From contig CAWFSF010000005.1 in the NCBI GenBank assembly GCA_963818475.1, forward strand, positions 608,001 to 672,000: a stretch of DNA of 64,000 bases, written 5' to 3'. Shown piece by piece: positions 51,215 through 60,700 of this stretch. Position numbers and translations under genes: made by a program. Origin of the DNA: Nitrospirota bacterium (GTDB lineage: Bacteria; Nitrospirota; UBA9217). How positions within the stretch are numbered: the stretch's first letter is position 1; each line of letters starts with the position of its first letter. The notes beneath the pieces are model-generated. The model was given only the letters and a program-made list of their open reading frames with translations. It was not told the origin of the DNA and searched no databases.

Positions 51215-54200
51215 ATGAATATTTCCGAACTCTCCATACGCCGTCCGGTCATGACCACCCTGGTCATGCTCTCGATCCTGTTCGCGGGCATCGCCGGGTA
51301 CCGGCTCTTGCCGGTGTCCGACCTGCCGAACGTGGACTTTCCCACGATCCAGGTGACCGCGAACGTGCCAGGCGCTTCCCCCGAGACCATGGCCTCTGCC
51401 GTGGCCACGCCGTTGGAGAAGCAGTTCTCGACCATCGCGGGCATCGATTCCATGACCTCGACCAACGGCCAGGGAAGCACCCGGATCACGATCGTATTCG
51501 ACCTCAGCAGGGACATCGATGCCGCGGCCCAGGACGTCCAGTCGGCCATTGCTTCCGCGGCGCGCCAGCTGCCGGAGGACATGCCGAGCCCGCCGTCGTT
51601 CCGCAAAGTAAATCCGGCCGACTCGCCGGTGCTCTACCTCGCCCTCAGTTCTCCCACGATGCCGCTCTCCGCAATAGACGATTACGCGCAGACCATTATT
51701 TCCCAGCGCATTTCCATGGTGAGCGGCGTGGCCCAGGTCCAGGTCTACGGATCACAGAAGTACGCCGTTCGCGTTCAGCTCAATCCCCGCTCCCTGGCAA
51801 GCAGGGGGATCGGCATCGACGAGGTGGCGGGCGCGGTCTCACGCGCGAACGTGAACCTTCCGACCGGCACGCTTGAAGGCGCAAACCAGGCGTTTACCAT
51901 ACAGTCAACAGGGCAGCTCCTGGACGCAAAGGCATACCGTCCGGTCATCGTGGCGTACCGCGGCGGAGCGCCCGTGCGGCTCCAGGAACTGGGCAACGTG
52001 ATAGACAGCGTGGAGAACGACAAGGTCGCCGGCTGGTTCAAGGACACCCGGGCGATCATTCTCGCCATTCAGCGCCAGCCGGGCACGAACACGGTCGAGG
52101 TCGTGGATTCGATCAGGAAGCTCATTCCGACGTTCCGCCAGCAGATCCCGGCCTCGGTGAACCTCGAGGTCCTGTTCGACCGGTCGGAATCCATTCGCAA
52201 CTCGGTTCATGACGTTCAATTCACCCTGGTCCTGACGGTTTGCCTGGTTGTGCTCGTGATCTTTCTGTTCCTCCGCAACCTCTCCGCTACCGTCATCCCG
52301 AGCCTGGCGCTCCCCATGTCCGTGGTGGGCACCTTTGCCGTCATGTATGTCCTCGACTTCAGCATGGACAACATGTCGCTCCTGGCGCTCACGCTGTCCG
52401 TCGGATTCGTGGTGGACGACGCCATCGTGATGCTCGAGAACATCATCCGGCACATGGAGATGGGCGAGCCCGTCATGGAAGCCGCGCTCAAAGGCTCCAA
52501 GGAGATCGGCTTCACCATCCTGTCCATGACCATCTCGCTCGTGGCGGTCTTCATCCCCGTGTTCTTCATGGGCGGCATCATGGGACGGCTGCTGCATGAG
52601 TTCGCGGTCACCATCGGCATGTCGATCCTGATCTCCGGTTTTGTCGCCCTGACGCTCATCCCCATGCTGACCTCCCGCTTTGTCCGGCCCCACGGGAAGG
52701 AACAGCACGGCAGACTGTACCAGGCGTCAGAGCGCTTCTTCGCCAACATGCTGCATTTTTATGAGCGGACACTGACCATCGTGCTCCGGCACCGGCTGAC
52801 CACGATGCTCGTCTCCGGGGTCGTTCTTCTCGCGACCGGGTTCCTGTTCTGGTACATGCCGCAGGGTTTTCTCCCGAGCGAGGACACGGGCCAGTTGGCC
52901 ATTGTCACGGAGACAGCGCAGGGCACCTCGTTTGATTCAATGAAACAGCACCAGCAGGCCGTGGCCGCCATCGTGCTGAAGGACCCGAACGTGGATGCCT
53001 TTATGTCGAGCGCAGGCGCGGGCGGCGCCAGTTCAGCCGGGAATCAGGGCCGTTTCTTCATCCGGCTCAAACCGCGCTCCGAGCGAAAACTGCACGTGGA
53101 CCGGGTGATCCAGCAGCTCAGGCCAAAACTCGCGCAGGTCCCCGGGATCATGGCGTTTCCGCAGAACCCGCCGCCGGTTCGCCTGGGCGGGACGATCACC
53201 AAGAGCCTCTACCAGTTCACGCTTCAGAGCCCTGATATCGACGAGCTCTACGAGAATGCCCCGAAGCTTGAGGCGAAGCTGCGCGAATCGCCGATGCTGC
53301 AGGACGTGACGAGCGACCTGCAGATCAAGAACCCCCAGGTGAACGTGGAGATCGACCGCGATAAAGCGTCAGCCCTCGGCATCACCGCCACGCAGTTTCA
53401 GACAGCGCTCCAGGCCGCATACAGCAGCCAGCAGATCACGACCATTTACGCCCCGAACAACCAGTACCGGGTCCTGATGGAACTGGAGCCGGAGTACCAG
53501 CGGGACCCGGCCTCGCTCTCCCTGCTGTACATCCGCTCGTCAGACAACCAGCTCGTCCCGCTCCGGACCGTGTCAAAGCTTTCTCAGAGCGTGGGGCCTC
53601 TGTCGGTGAACCACCTGGGCCAGCTGCCGGCGGTCACGCTCTCGTTCAACACCCGTCCCGACGTGTCCCTCGGGACCGCGGTCGATGCGGTGAACAAGGT
53701 CGCCCGGGACACGCTCCCGGCGTCGATCACCACGAGCTTCCAGGGCACGGCGCAGGCGTTTGAGGAATCCATGCAGGGGCTGGGCATGCTGCTTCTCGCC
53801 GCGACGCTCGTGATCTACATCGTGCTCGGCATCCTGTATGAGAGCTTCATCCATCCGCTCACGATCCTGTCGGCGCTGCCCTTCGCGGGCTTCGGCGCGC
53901 TCGTGACGCTGCTCATCTTCGGGTCCGACCTGAACGTCTATGCTTTCGTGGGCGTGATCCTGCTCGTCGGGCTCGTGAAAAAGAACGGCATCATGATGAT
54001 CGACTTCGCTCTCGATGCGCAGCGCAGGGAGGCGGCAACGCCCCACGATGCCATTTTCAAGGCCTGCATCATCCGGTTCCGGCCGATCATGATGACCACC
54101 ATGGCCGCGCTTCTGGGCACCCTGCCGATCGCCCTCGGTTTCGGAGCAGGGGCTGAATCACGCCGCCCTCTCGGCCTTGCCGTGGTCGGCGGGCTGCTCT

Positions 54201-54322
54201 TTTCGCAAACACTGACACTCTATGTCACCCCGGTCGTGTACCTCTATATGGACCAGCTCCAGCGGAAGCTCAATTCGCTGCATATATTTCAGGCGCGAAA
54301 AAAAGCGAGTGGCCATGAGTAG
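51215..54322 (+). CDS. RND efflux transporter permease (MdtB/C-like)
   Basis: IRRPV, GFVVDDAIVMLEN, KKNGIMMIDFAL, RFRPIMMTT. Confidence 0.93.
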   Translation: MNISELSIRRPVMTTLVMLSILFAGIAGYRLLPVSDLPNVDFPTIQVTANVPGASPETMASAVATPLEKQFSTIAGIDSMTSTNGQGSTRITIVFDLSRDIDAAAQDVQSAIASAARQLPEDMPSPPSFRKVNPADSPVLYLALSSPTMPLSAIDDYAQTIISQRISMVSGVAQVQVYGSQKYAVRVQLNPRSLASRGIGIDEVAGAVSRANVNLPTGTLEGANQAFTIQSTGQLLDAKAYRPVIVAYRGGAPVRLQELGNVIDSVENDKVAGWFKDTRAIILAIQRQPGTNTVEVVDSIRKLIPTFRQQIPASVNLEVLFDRSESIRNSVHDVQFTLVLTVCLVVLVIFLFLRNLSATVIPSLALPMSVVGTFAVMYVLDFSMDNMSLLALTLSVGFVVDDAIVMLENIIRHMEMGEPVMEAALKGSKEIGFTILSMTISLVAVFIPVFFMGGIMGRLLHEFAVTIGMSILISGFVALTLIPMLTSRFVRPHGKEQHGRLYQASERFFANMLHFYERTLTIVLRHRLTTMLVSGVVLLATGFLFWYMPQGFLPSEDTGQLAIVTETAQGTSFDSMKQHQQAVAAIVLKDPNVDAFMSSAGAGGASSAGNQGRFFIRLKPRSERKLHVDRVIQQLRPKLAQVPGIMAFPQNPPPVRLGGTITKSLYQFTLQSPDIDELYENAPKLEAKLRESPMLQDVTSDLQIKNPQVNVEIDRDKASALGITATQFQTALQAAYSSQQITTIYAPNNQYRVLMELEPEYQRDPASLSLLYIRSSDNQLVPLRTVSKLSQSVGPLSVNHLGQLPAVTLSFNTRPDVSLGTAVDAVNKVARDTLPASITTSFQGTAQAFEESMQGLGMLLLAATLVIYIVLGILYESFIHPLTILSALPFAGFGALVTLLIFGSDLNVYAFVGVILLVGLVKKNGIMMIDFALDAQRREAATPHDAIFKACIIRFRPIMMTTMAALLGTLPIALGFGAGAESRRPLGLAVVGGLLFSQTLTLYVTPVVYLYMDQLQRKLNSLHIFQARKKASGHE

Positions 54323-54363
54323 CGCGTTACGAATAATTTCCAAGTAAACTGACAAAAAATATC

Positions 54364-54470
54364 GCCACGAAGGCACGAAGACACAAAGAACGTCTGGAAT
54401 ATTATCAGCGGCAATGATTCTGAACCCAAAGACACTCAGGCATCTCTTAGTGCCTTCGTGTCTTCGTGGC
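54364..54470. repeat. 26-bp inverted repeat built of CACGAAG units
   Basis: 54364-54389 versus reverse complement of 54445-54470: 23/26 identical. Confidence 0.8.
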
Positions 54471-54505
54471 AAATTGGTTCCGGTTTGTCCGAGTTAGGAC
54501 TTCAT

Positions 54506-55639
54506 ATGATAAAACAAAAAATTATCCTCAGCCTCATCGTCACGCTCCTGTTCAGCTGCAAAGGGGACGCGCCTTCGTACAAGACCGAACCCGTGTCCCG
54601 CGGCGATATCCAGCAGAGCGTGACCGCAACGGGAACGGTCAATGCCGTGACAACCGTCCTGGTCGGCACCCAGGTGTCGGGCACGATCAGGAATCTTTAT
54701 GTGGATTTCAATTCCCGGGTCACCAAAGGCCAGTTGATCGCCCTGATCGATCCCGAAATGCTCGAAGCGCAGGCAGCCCAGGCGCGGGCGAATGTGGAAA
54801 AGGCCGATGCGACCTACCGCGATGCCGACCGGACGCTGAAACGAAACCGGGAGCTCTTCACCAAAAACCTGATCCCCCGCAGCGATCTCGACACGGCGGA
54901 AACCAACTTTGACAGCGCCCGGGCGCAGCTGGAGCAGGCTAAAGCCGCCCTCAGGGTGTCGGAAACGAACCTCCGGTACACCCGCATCCTGTCCCCTGTG
55001 GACGGCATCGTGATCTCCCGGAACGTGGATATCGGCCAGACCGTTGCGGCCAGTTTCCAGACGCCGACGCTCTTCACCATCGCCCAGGACCTTACCAAGA
55101 TGCAGATCAATACGAGCATCGCGGAGTCCGATATCGGCGTCGTGAAGGTCGGACAGGCGGTGGAGTTCACCGTGGATGCCTATCCCGATACCCTGTTCAA
55201 AGGAACGGTGTGGCAGAAGCGGCAGGCGCCCATAACCGTGCAGAACGTGGTCACCTATGATGTGGTGATCAAGGTCGACAACCGCGACCTGAAACTGATG
55301 CCCGGGATGACCGCCAATGTTTCGATCATCATCACAACGCAGCGCGATGTACTCAGGATCACGAATGCAGCCATGCGGTTCCGGTTCACCGAGCGAACAA
55401 GAACTGCCCCCGCCCCGGGTGCGGCAGCAAAAGCCAATGCCGGCGCACAGGAGAAAAAGGGACCAGCCGTCTGGGTCCTGGAGAATGGAAAGCCCCGGCG
55501 CGTCGCCATAGAACCCGGCATCAGTGATGGCAACTATACTGAGATCGTGTCCGGGGACCTCAAGGAGGGGCAGGCCATTATCGTTGAAGCGGTGAGAAAG
55601 AACAAAACGCAGACCCAGTCCGGTCCGAGGATGTTCTAA
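54506..55639 (+). CDS. MacA-like periplasmic adaptor lipoprotein
   Basis: Lipobox LFSC; VGTQVSG; GQTVAASFQTP; LMPGMTANV. Confidence 0.88.
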   Translation: MIKQKIILSLIVTLLFSCKGDAPSYKTEPVSRGDIQQSVTATGTVNAVTTVLVGTQVSGTIRNLYVDFNSRVTKGQLIALIDPEMLEAQAAQARANVEKADATYRDADRTLKRNRELFTKNLIPRSDLDTAETNFDSARAQLEQAKAALRVSETNLRYTRILSPVDGIVISRNVDIGQTVAASFQTPTLFTIAQDLTKMQINTSIAESDIGVVKVGQAVEFTVDAYPDTLFKGTVWQKRQAPITVQNVVTYDVVIKVDNRDLKLMPGMTANVSIIITTQRDVLRITNAAMRFRFTERTRTAPAPGAAAKANAGAQEKKGPAVWVLENGKPRRVAIEPGISDGNYTEIVSGDLKEGQAIIVEAVRKNKTQTQSGPRMF

Positions 55640-55649
55640 GAACTTTCAA

Positions 55650-55730
55650 CCCTCCCCAACCCCTCCCATGTAAGGGAGGGGCTACTGCTAACATCCTTTC
55701 CCCTGGTGGGAGAGGGCTGGGGTGAGAGGG
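55650..55730. repeat. REP/REPIN-like nested palindrome (CCCTCCCC...GGGAGGGG doublet)
   Basis: Two inverted hairpin units at 55650-55681 and 55695-55730. Confidence 0.65.
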
Positions 55731-55736
55731 AGGATT

Positions 55737-56462
55737 ATGGCGCTCATCGAAGCACAGAAGATCAGCAAGGTATACCGGCTCGGCGACATCGATCTGCGCG
55801 CGCTGGACCATATATCTTCGACCATCGAAAAAAGCGAGTTCGTCGCCATCATGGGCCAGTCAGGCTCGGGCAAATCAACGTTCATGAACATCCTCGGCTG
55901 CCTTGACACACCAACGGAAGGACACTACTTCCTTGACGGCATCGATACGGGTCAGCTTTCCCGGGACGATCTTGCCGAGATCAGGAACAAAAAGCTCGGC
56001 TTTGTGTTCCAGGGCTTCAACCTGCTGTCGCGCACCTCGGCCCTGGAGAATGTGGAACTGCCCATGCTCTACAACGGATTCCCTGCGCACGAGCGACGGG
56101 ATCGGGCCCGGCAGGCGCTCAAGAACGTCGGGCTCGAAGGCCGCGAAGGCCATCATCCGAACCAGCTCTCCGGCGGCCAGCAGCAGCGCGTTGCCATCGC
56201 CCGCGCGCTCGTGAACGAAGCGCCCATCATCCTGGCAGACGAGCCCACGGGCAATCTCGACACCAGAACAAGCCAGGAGATCATGGAACTCTTCGTGCGC
56301 CTGAACCAGGAGTCCGGCATCACCGTGATCCTGGTGACCCACGAACAGGATATCGCGGCATACAGCAAACGGATCATCCGGTTCTCAGATGGACATATTG
56401 TGAGTGATAAAAAGCAGGGTACAGGGGACAGGGTCCAGGGGCCAGGAAAACCGAATCTTTAA
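55737..56462 (+). CDS. MacB/LolD-type ABC ATPase
   Basis: GQSGSGKST, LSGGQQQRVAIARA, ADEPTGNLD. Confidence 0.93.
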   Translation: MALIEAQKISKVYRLGDIDLRALDHISSTIEKSEFVAIMGQSGSGKSTFMNILGCLDTPTEGHYFLDGIDTGQLSRDDLAEIRNKKLGFVFQGFNLLSRTSALENVELPMLYNGFPAHERRDRARQALKNVGLEGREGHHPNQLSGGQQQRVAIARALVNEAPIILADEPTGNLDTRTSQEIMELFVRLNQESGITVILVTHEQDIAAYSKRIIRFSDGHIVSDKKQGTGDRVQGPGKPNL

Positions 56463-56487
56463 CCCCGAACCCTGTACCCTGGACCCT
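56415..56487. repeat. Inverted heptamer array CAGGG(T/G)N / NACCCTG
   Basis: cagggta cagggga cagggtc caggggc ... aaccccg aaccctg taccctg gaccct. Confidence 0.7.
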
Positions 56488-56494
56488 ATTATTT

Positions 56495-57724
56495 ATGATC
56501 AATCTTCCTTCCACCTTCAAGATCTCCTTCCGGGCGCTCCGCGTGAACAAAATGCGCTCCGGCCTCACCATGCTCGGCATTATCATCGGCGTCGGCGCCG
56601 TGATCGCCATGGTCGCCGTGGGCGCAGGCGCGACGCAGCAGATCGCAGCGCAGATCTCCAGCATGGGCAGCAATCTGCTCATGGTGCTTCCCGGTTCTAC
56701 CACCTCGGGGGGCGTGCGGATGGGGGCGGGAACGCAGCCGACGCTCACCATGGCCGATGCGGAGGCTATCCAGAAGGAATGTCCGGCGGTCGCCGAGGCC
56801 GCGCCGATCCACAACGGGGCCGCCCAGGTCATGTTCAGCCATATGAACTGGTCGACCGGCATCGTCGGCACGACGCCGAACCTGCTGATCGTGCGGGACT
56901 GGCGCCTTGCCGCAGGCCGGTCCTTTACCCTGCAGGACGTGAAGAGCGCCACCAAGGTCTGCCTGCTCGGTCAGACCGTGGTGGACAATCTTTTCGGCGA
57001 ACAGGACCCCCTGGGGCAGGTCATACGGATCAAGAACGTGCCATTCACCGTGATCGGCGTGCTCGACCGGAAGGGCCAGGATGCCCGGGGACAGGACCAG
57101 GACGATACGATCATGATCCCGCTGACCACGGCCCAGAAGAAGCTCTTCGGGACCCAGTTCCCCGGCATGGTGCGGATCATCACGGTCAAGGCAAAGAGCG
57201 CGGAAGACCTTGAGGCGGCTGAACAGCAGATCACGGAGCTGCTGAAACAGCGGCACCGCATCGGGCAGAAGCAGGAGAATGATTTCACGGTCAGGAACCT
57301 GACGCAGCTCATGCAGGCCCGCGAAGAATCCACCAGGGTCATGACGCTGCTGCTCGGCGCCATTGCATCGGTCTCGCTGCTCGTCGGCGGGATCGGGATC
57401 ATGAACATCATGCTCGTATCCGTGACCGAGCGTACCCGGGAGATCGGCATCCGCATGGCCATCGGCGCCAAGACCTGGGACATCCGTCTTCAGTTCATCA
57501 TCGAAGCGCTCACGCTCTCCCTTATCGGCGGCATTATCGGGACCATCGCCGGCGTAGCCACATCAGCCATCATTTCTTCCGCCTCAGGCTGGCCCATCGT
57601 GGTCTCGCCCCTCTCGATCGTGCTCGCCTTCGGCTTCTCGGGATTCATCGGTATCTTCTTCGGCTTCTACCCCGCGTACAAAGCCTCGCTCCTGAACCCC
57701 ATCGATGCGCTGCGGTATGAGTAG
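56495..57724 (+). CDS. MacB-type ABC permease
   Basis: LTMLGIIIGV, GIMNIMLVSVTERTREIG, P.DALRYE. Confidence 0.92.
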   Translation: MINLPSTFKISFRALRVNKMRSGLTMLGIIIGVGAVIAMVAVGAGATQQIAAQISSMGSNLLMVLPGSTTSGGVRMGAGTQPTLTMADAEAIQKECPAVAEAAPIHNGAAQVMFSHMNWSTGIVGTTPNLLIVRDWRLAAGRSFTLQDVKSATKVCLLGQTVVDNLFGEQDPLGQVIRIKNVPFTVIGVLDRKGQDARGQDQDDTIMIPLTTAQKKLFGTQFPGMVRIITVKAKSAEDLEAAEQQITELLKQRHRIGQKQENDFTVRNLTQLMQAREESTRVMTLLLGAIASVSLLVGGIGIMNIMLVSVTERTREIGIRMAIGAKTWDIRLQFIIEALTLSLIGGIIGTIAGVATSAIISSASGWPIVVSPLSIVLAFGFSGFIGIFFGFYPAYKASLLNPIDALRYE

Positions 57725-57741
57725 CAGCCGCGGGTGTCGAT

Positions 57742-57777
57742 AAAAAAAGCGGAGCACCTCTGTGGGCACTCCGCTTA
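57742..57777. terminator. Intrinsic terminator (homolog of 38983-39019)
   Basis: AAAAAAAGCGGAG...CTCCGCTT. Confidence 0.65.
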
Positions 57778-57956
57778 TCTGCTTCTTTTCTCTTCTACAC
57801 GGGAACCGTTGCTTGACCCTGCAACTCACGGTCTTCAATGAAGGAAACTGAGGTCACCAATTTAACCGTATAAAGGGCACCTCCTATTAAAACAGCAATA
57901 AAAACCCCTCTCCGCGAAATAACAGAGAGGGGTCTACATAGCCGAAAAGGCGATGC

Positions 57957-60262
57957 TTACTTGAACTCGATGTCGTCCACCCAGGTTGTTTCTGGCGGGG
58001 ATGTATAGTTAAAATTCCTTTCATAACACCACTGGAACTTGAAGGTCGTGCCGTTGTATATCGTTGTATCGTAGAAGACCCTCCGCCACGGCGTCGTGCC
58101 ATTCCAATATCCCAAAGACAACATGCCGCCTCCGTCGATGCTAATATAGGCATGAATCATATTCGATGCATCGGTGCTGAAGCTGAAAGCCATCGAATTG
58201 GGCTTCGCCGCCGGAGTGTAGTCAAAGCACGTTGAATAGAAATAGTTTATCGGACCATTCATCATGCTAAACTTACCGGTGCCCGCCGAATTGAGGCTGT
58301 CGATGCCCCACTTCCATTGGTTGCCGTTCAAGCCCCCAGAATTGGTTAGGTTGAAACCGGCAGGAACAAGCCCATCCTCGAAATTCAAGCATTCGACTGC
58401 GCTTCCGCTGCAGCCCGCTGCCGGGTCGAGCGGCGTCACCGTCAGCGCATAGGTGCTTGCGGCGTTGTTATAGTTGCTGACCTTAAGATAGTAGGTTGTG
58501 CTGGCATTGAGCACGGGAGCAACGTAGGAACCCTGCGTGGAACAGACCTCATCGGTGGTATCGTAATGCGCGGTGCAAGATACAACCTGGTAGCTGAACC
58601 CCGAGTCGGAGTAGAGCGTCCAGCTGAGGTCGGTCTGCATGTTCGCGAGACTGATAACGTAGGTCATGGAGCTGCTGCCCGTGGTGAAGCTGTAATAGCT
58701 GTAGCCGTATTTGATCGCGCCGCCGGTGTGCGTCAGCCCCGAGATAAGCATCGGGTTGGTCATCGATCCTTCGCTGCCGCCGCCTGTCGCCACAGCGACG
58801 CCGTAGGTACTCGTGCCTGTCGACTCATAATTGAGGACTTTCAGATAATAGGTTTTGCTTGCATTAAGATTGGTCGTAGCGCAGCTCTCGTCGCCGGTGC
58901 CTGTTGTCGTTACGTTGTTGCAGCTTCCCAAGGAGGACGTGAACGCCGCATCGTTGTACAAAGTCCAGCCGAGGTTCCTTTGCGTGTTCGCAAGACTGAC
59001 CGTATACGAACCGCTGACTGTTGTTGTCTGGAAGGAGTAGTAGGAGCTCCCGCTCGCATCGATGACGGCGTTGTGCGCCAAGGCATCGACGGTGAGCGCC
59101 ACGGGATCGTTTGTTGAACCCTCTGTCACACCCTGGGCGACCGCAATCTGGTACGCAACAGAGCTGGAAGTCGAATTCGTTATTTTGACGTAATAGGTCC
59201 TCATGGCGTCGAGACCGTAGAGTTTGCACGGCTGGCTTGGCGAACAGGAGCCGATCGAACCCGTGGAAAAATCAGAGCCTGAATAGACATAGAGGTAGGG
59301 GGCTGTGGATCCGCTTAGCGTGAGAATATATTCCCCCGCAATCTCGGTGGTCGTGAATTTATAGGAGCTGGTACTGGTGGCGTCCACTGCGCCGTCATGC
59401 GCCGGAGCGCCCACGATCAGTTCGAGCGGGGCGGAGAGCGACCCTTTGCTCAATCCTTCGGTGACCGTGATGTCGTAACGCACCGCGCTGAAACTATTCC
59501 CGTCAACCTCGACATAGTAGTATGAGCCGGCGGAAAGCCCGTTGACCGTGCAGCTCGGGTTATACGTATTTCCACAGGTCTTCAGCAGAACAGGTGAAAC
59601 CGAAGTAAAGTCCGTTGAGTAGACCTTCCAGGTGAGCCCCGAATAGTTGGGGACGGAATTACTGATCGCGATAGTATGGGCCGCGGAATTCACCGGTTGG
59701 AAACGGTAATAGCTTATGCCCGAGAGGCCTACGGTTCCGGCATGCGGTGTCCCTACAGTAAGATCGATGGGCGAAGTCGTGGAGCCTTCGCTGGTAATCA
59801 GGCTGATCGTGAGCGTAAACGTCCCGGTAGAAAACGAAAATTCAGAAACCCTGAGGTAATAGGCCTTGCCGGCCTGGAGGGTCGCTGTACACTGCTCGGC
59901 GGCCGTGGACCAGTAATTGTCGCAGGAGGCGATCGACCCTGTAAAATCCGCATTTGAATAAAGATCCCAGGAAACATCGGTCGTCGGGTTGGTCAGGCTG
60001 ATAACATAGGTCCCTGCAGTTGTTGTAGTGAAGGTGTAATGGCTGTCGTCAAAACTGCCAACGGTGCTGCAGCGAGGCGTATTGAGAGCCACTGCAATGG
60101 GGCTCGTAGATGAGCCCTCGCCGCCGGTGAGGACGGGGGGGGGATATCGGGAGGCGCCGTAGGCGGCGTGCTGCCCCCGCCTCCGCCGCCGCCGCAAGCA
60201 ATGACGACAGACAACGCAAAAAACAAAGCTATCAATTTCATTCCGACGCGTTTCGAAACCAT
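57957..60262 (-). CDS. Surface lipoprotein with about 6 PPC-like Ig repeats (frameshift in the G-run near 60140)
   Basis: MKLIALFFALSVVIACGGGGGGG lipobox; repeats EGS..P...SYY.F...YYL.V. Confidence 0.75.
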
Positions 60263-60369
60263 GTAGCCCTCCTTGTGTAGTTGAATTCACAGCGCATCTG
60301 CTGCGCGTGAAAAACACGTCCTGCGATCACGATAGTGACGTATGAGAATTTGTATATGTGAGTGAGAAT

Positions 60370-60665
60370 ACTGTGCCCAGGACGGCGCGGGAAGGCGGAT
60401 ATGCAGAAAATTCTTATTAGGAAGGTGCAGATTCGCCCCCGAATGTTCAAATCAGACGTAATACTTTATTATTACGAATGAATAGACAGCAATATAACTG
60501 AATCTTTCTGTCAAGAAAATAGGAATACCGAGTCGGGGTAATTTCAGGGGATGTATCAAAACTGCAACACAGAGGAATGCAAAATTAGAATAGCTACTTA
60601 GTGGAACAAGTTGTTCGTTTCGGTAGGAAGTAGAAAAATATACACACAAATTATCAGAGCTAACA
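60370..60665 (-). promoter_or_regulatory. Promoter/leader shared with 36055-36345
   Basis: TTGACA at 60509-60514; conserved 22-mer; conserved GGCGGATATGCAG leader block. Confidence 0.65.
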
Positions 60666-60700
60666 ATAGTAGAAATGAAAAAATGAGATGAGGGTGCAAG

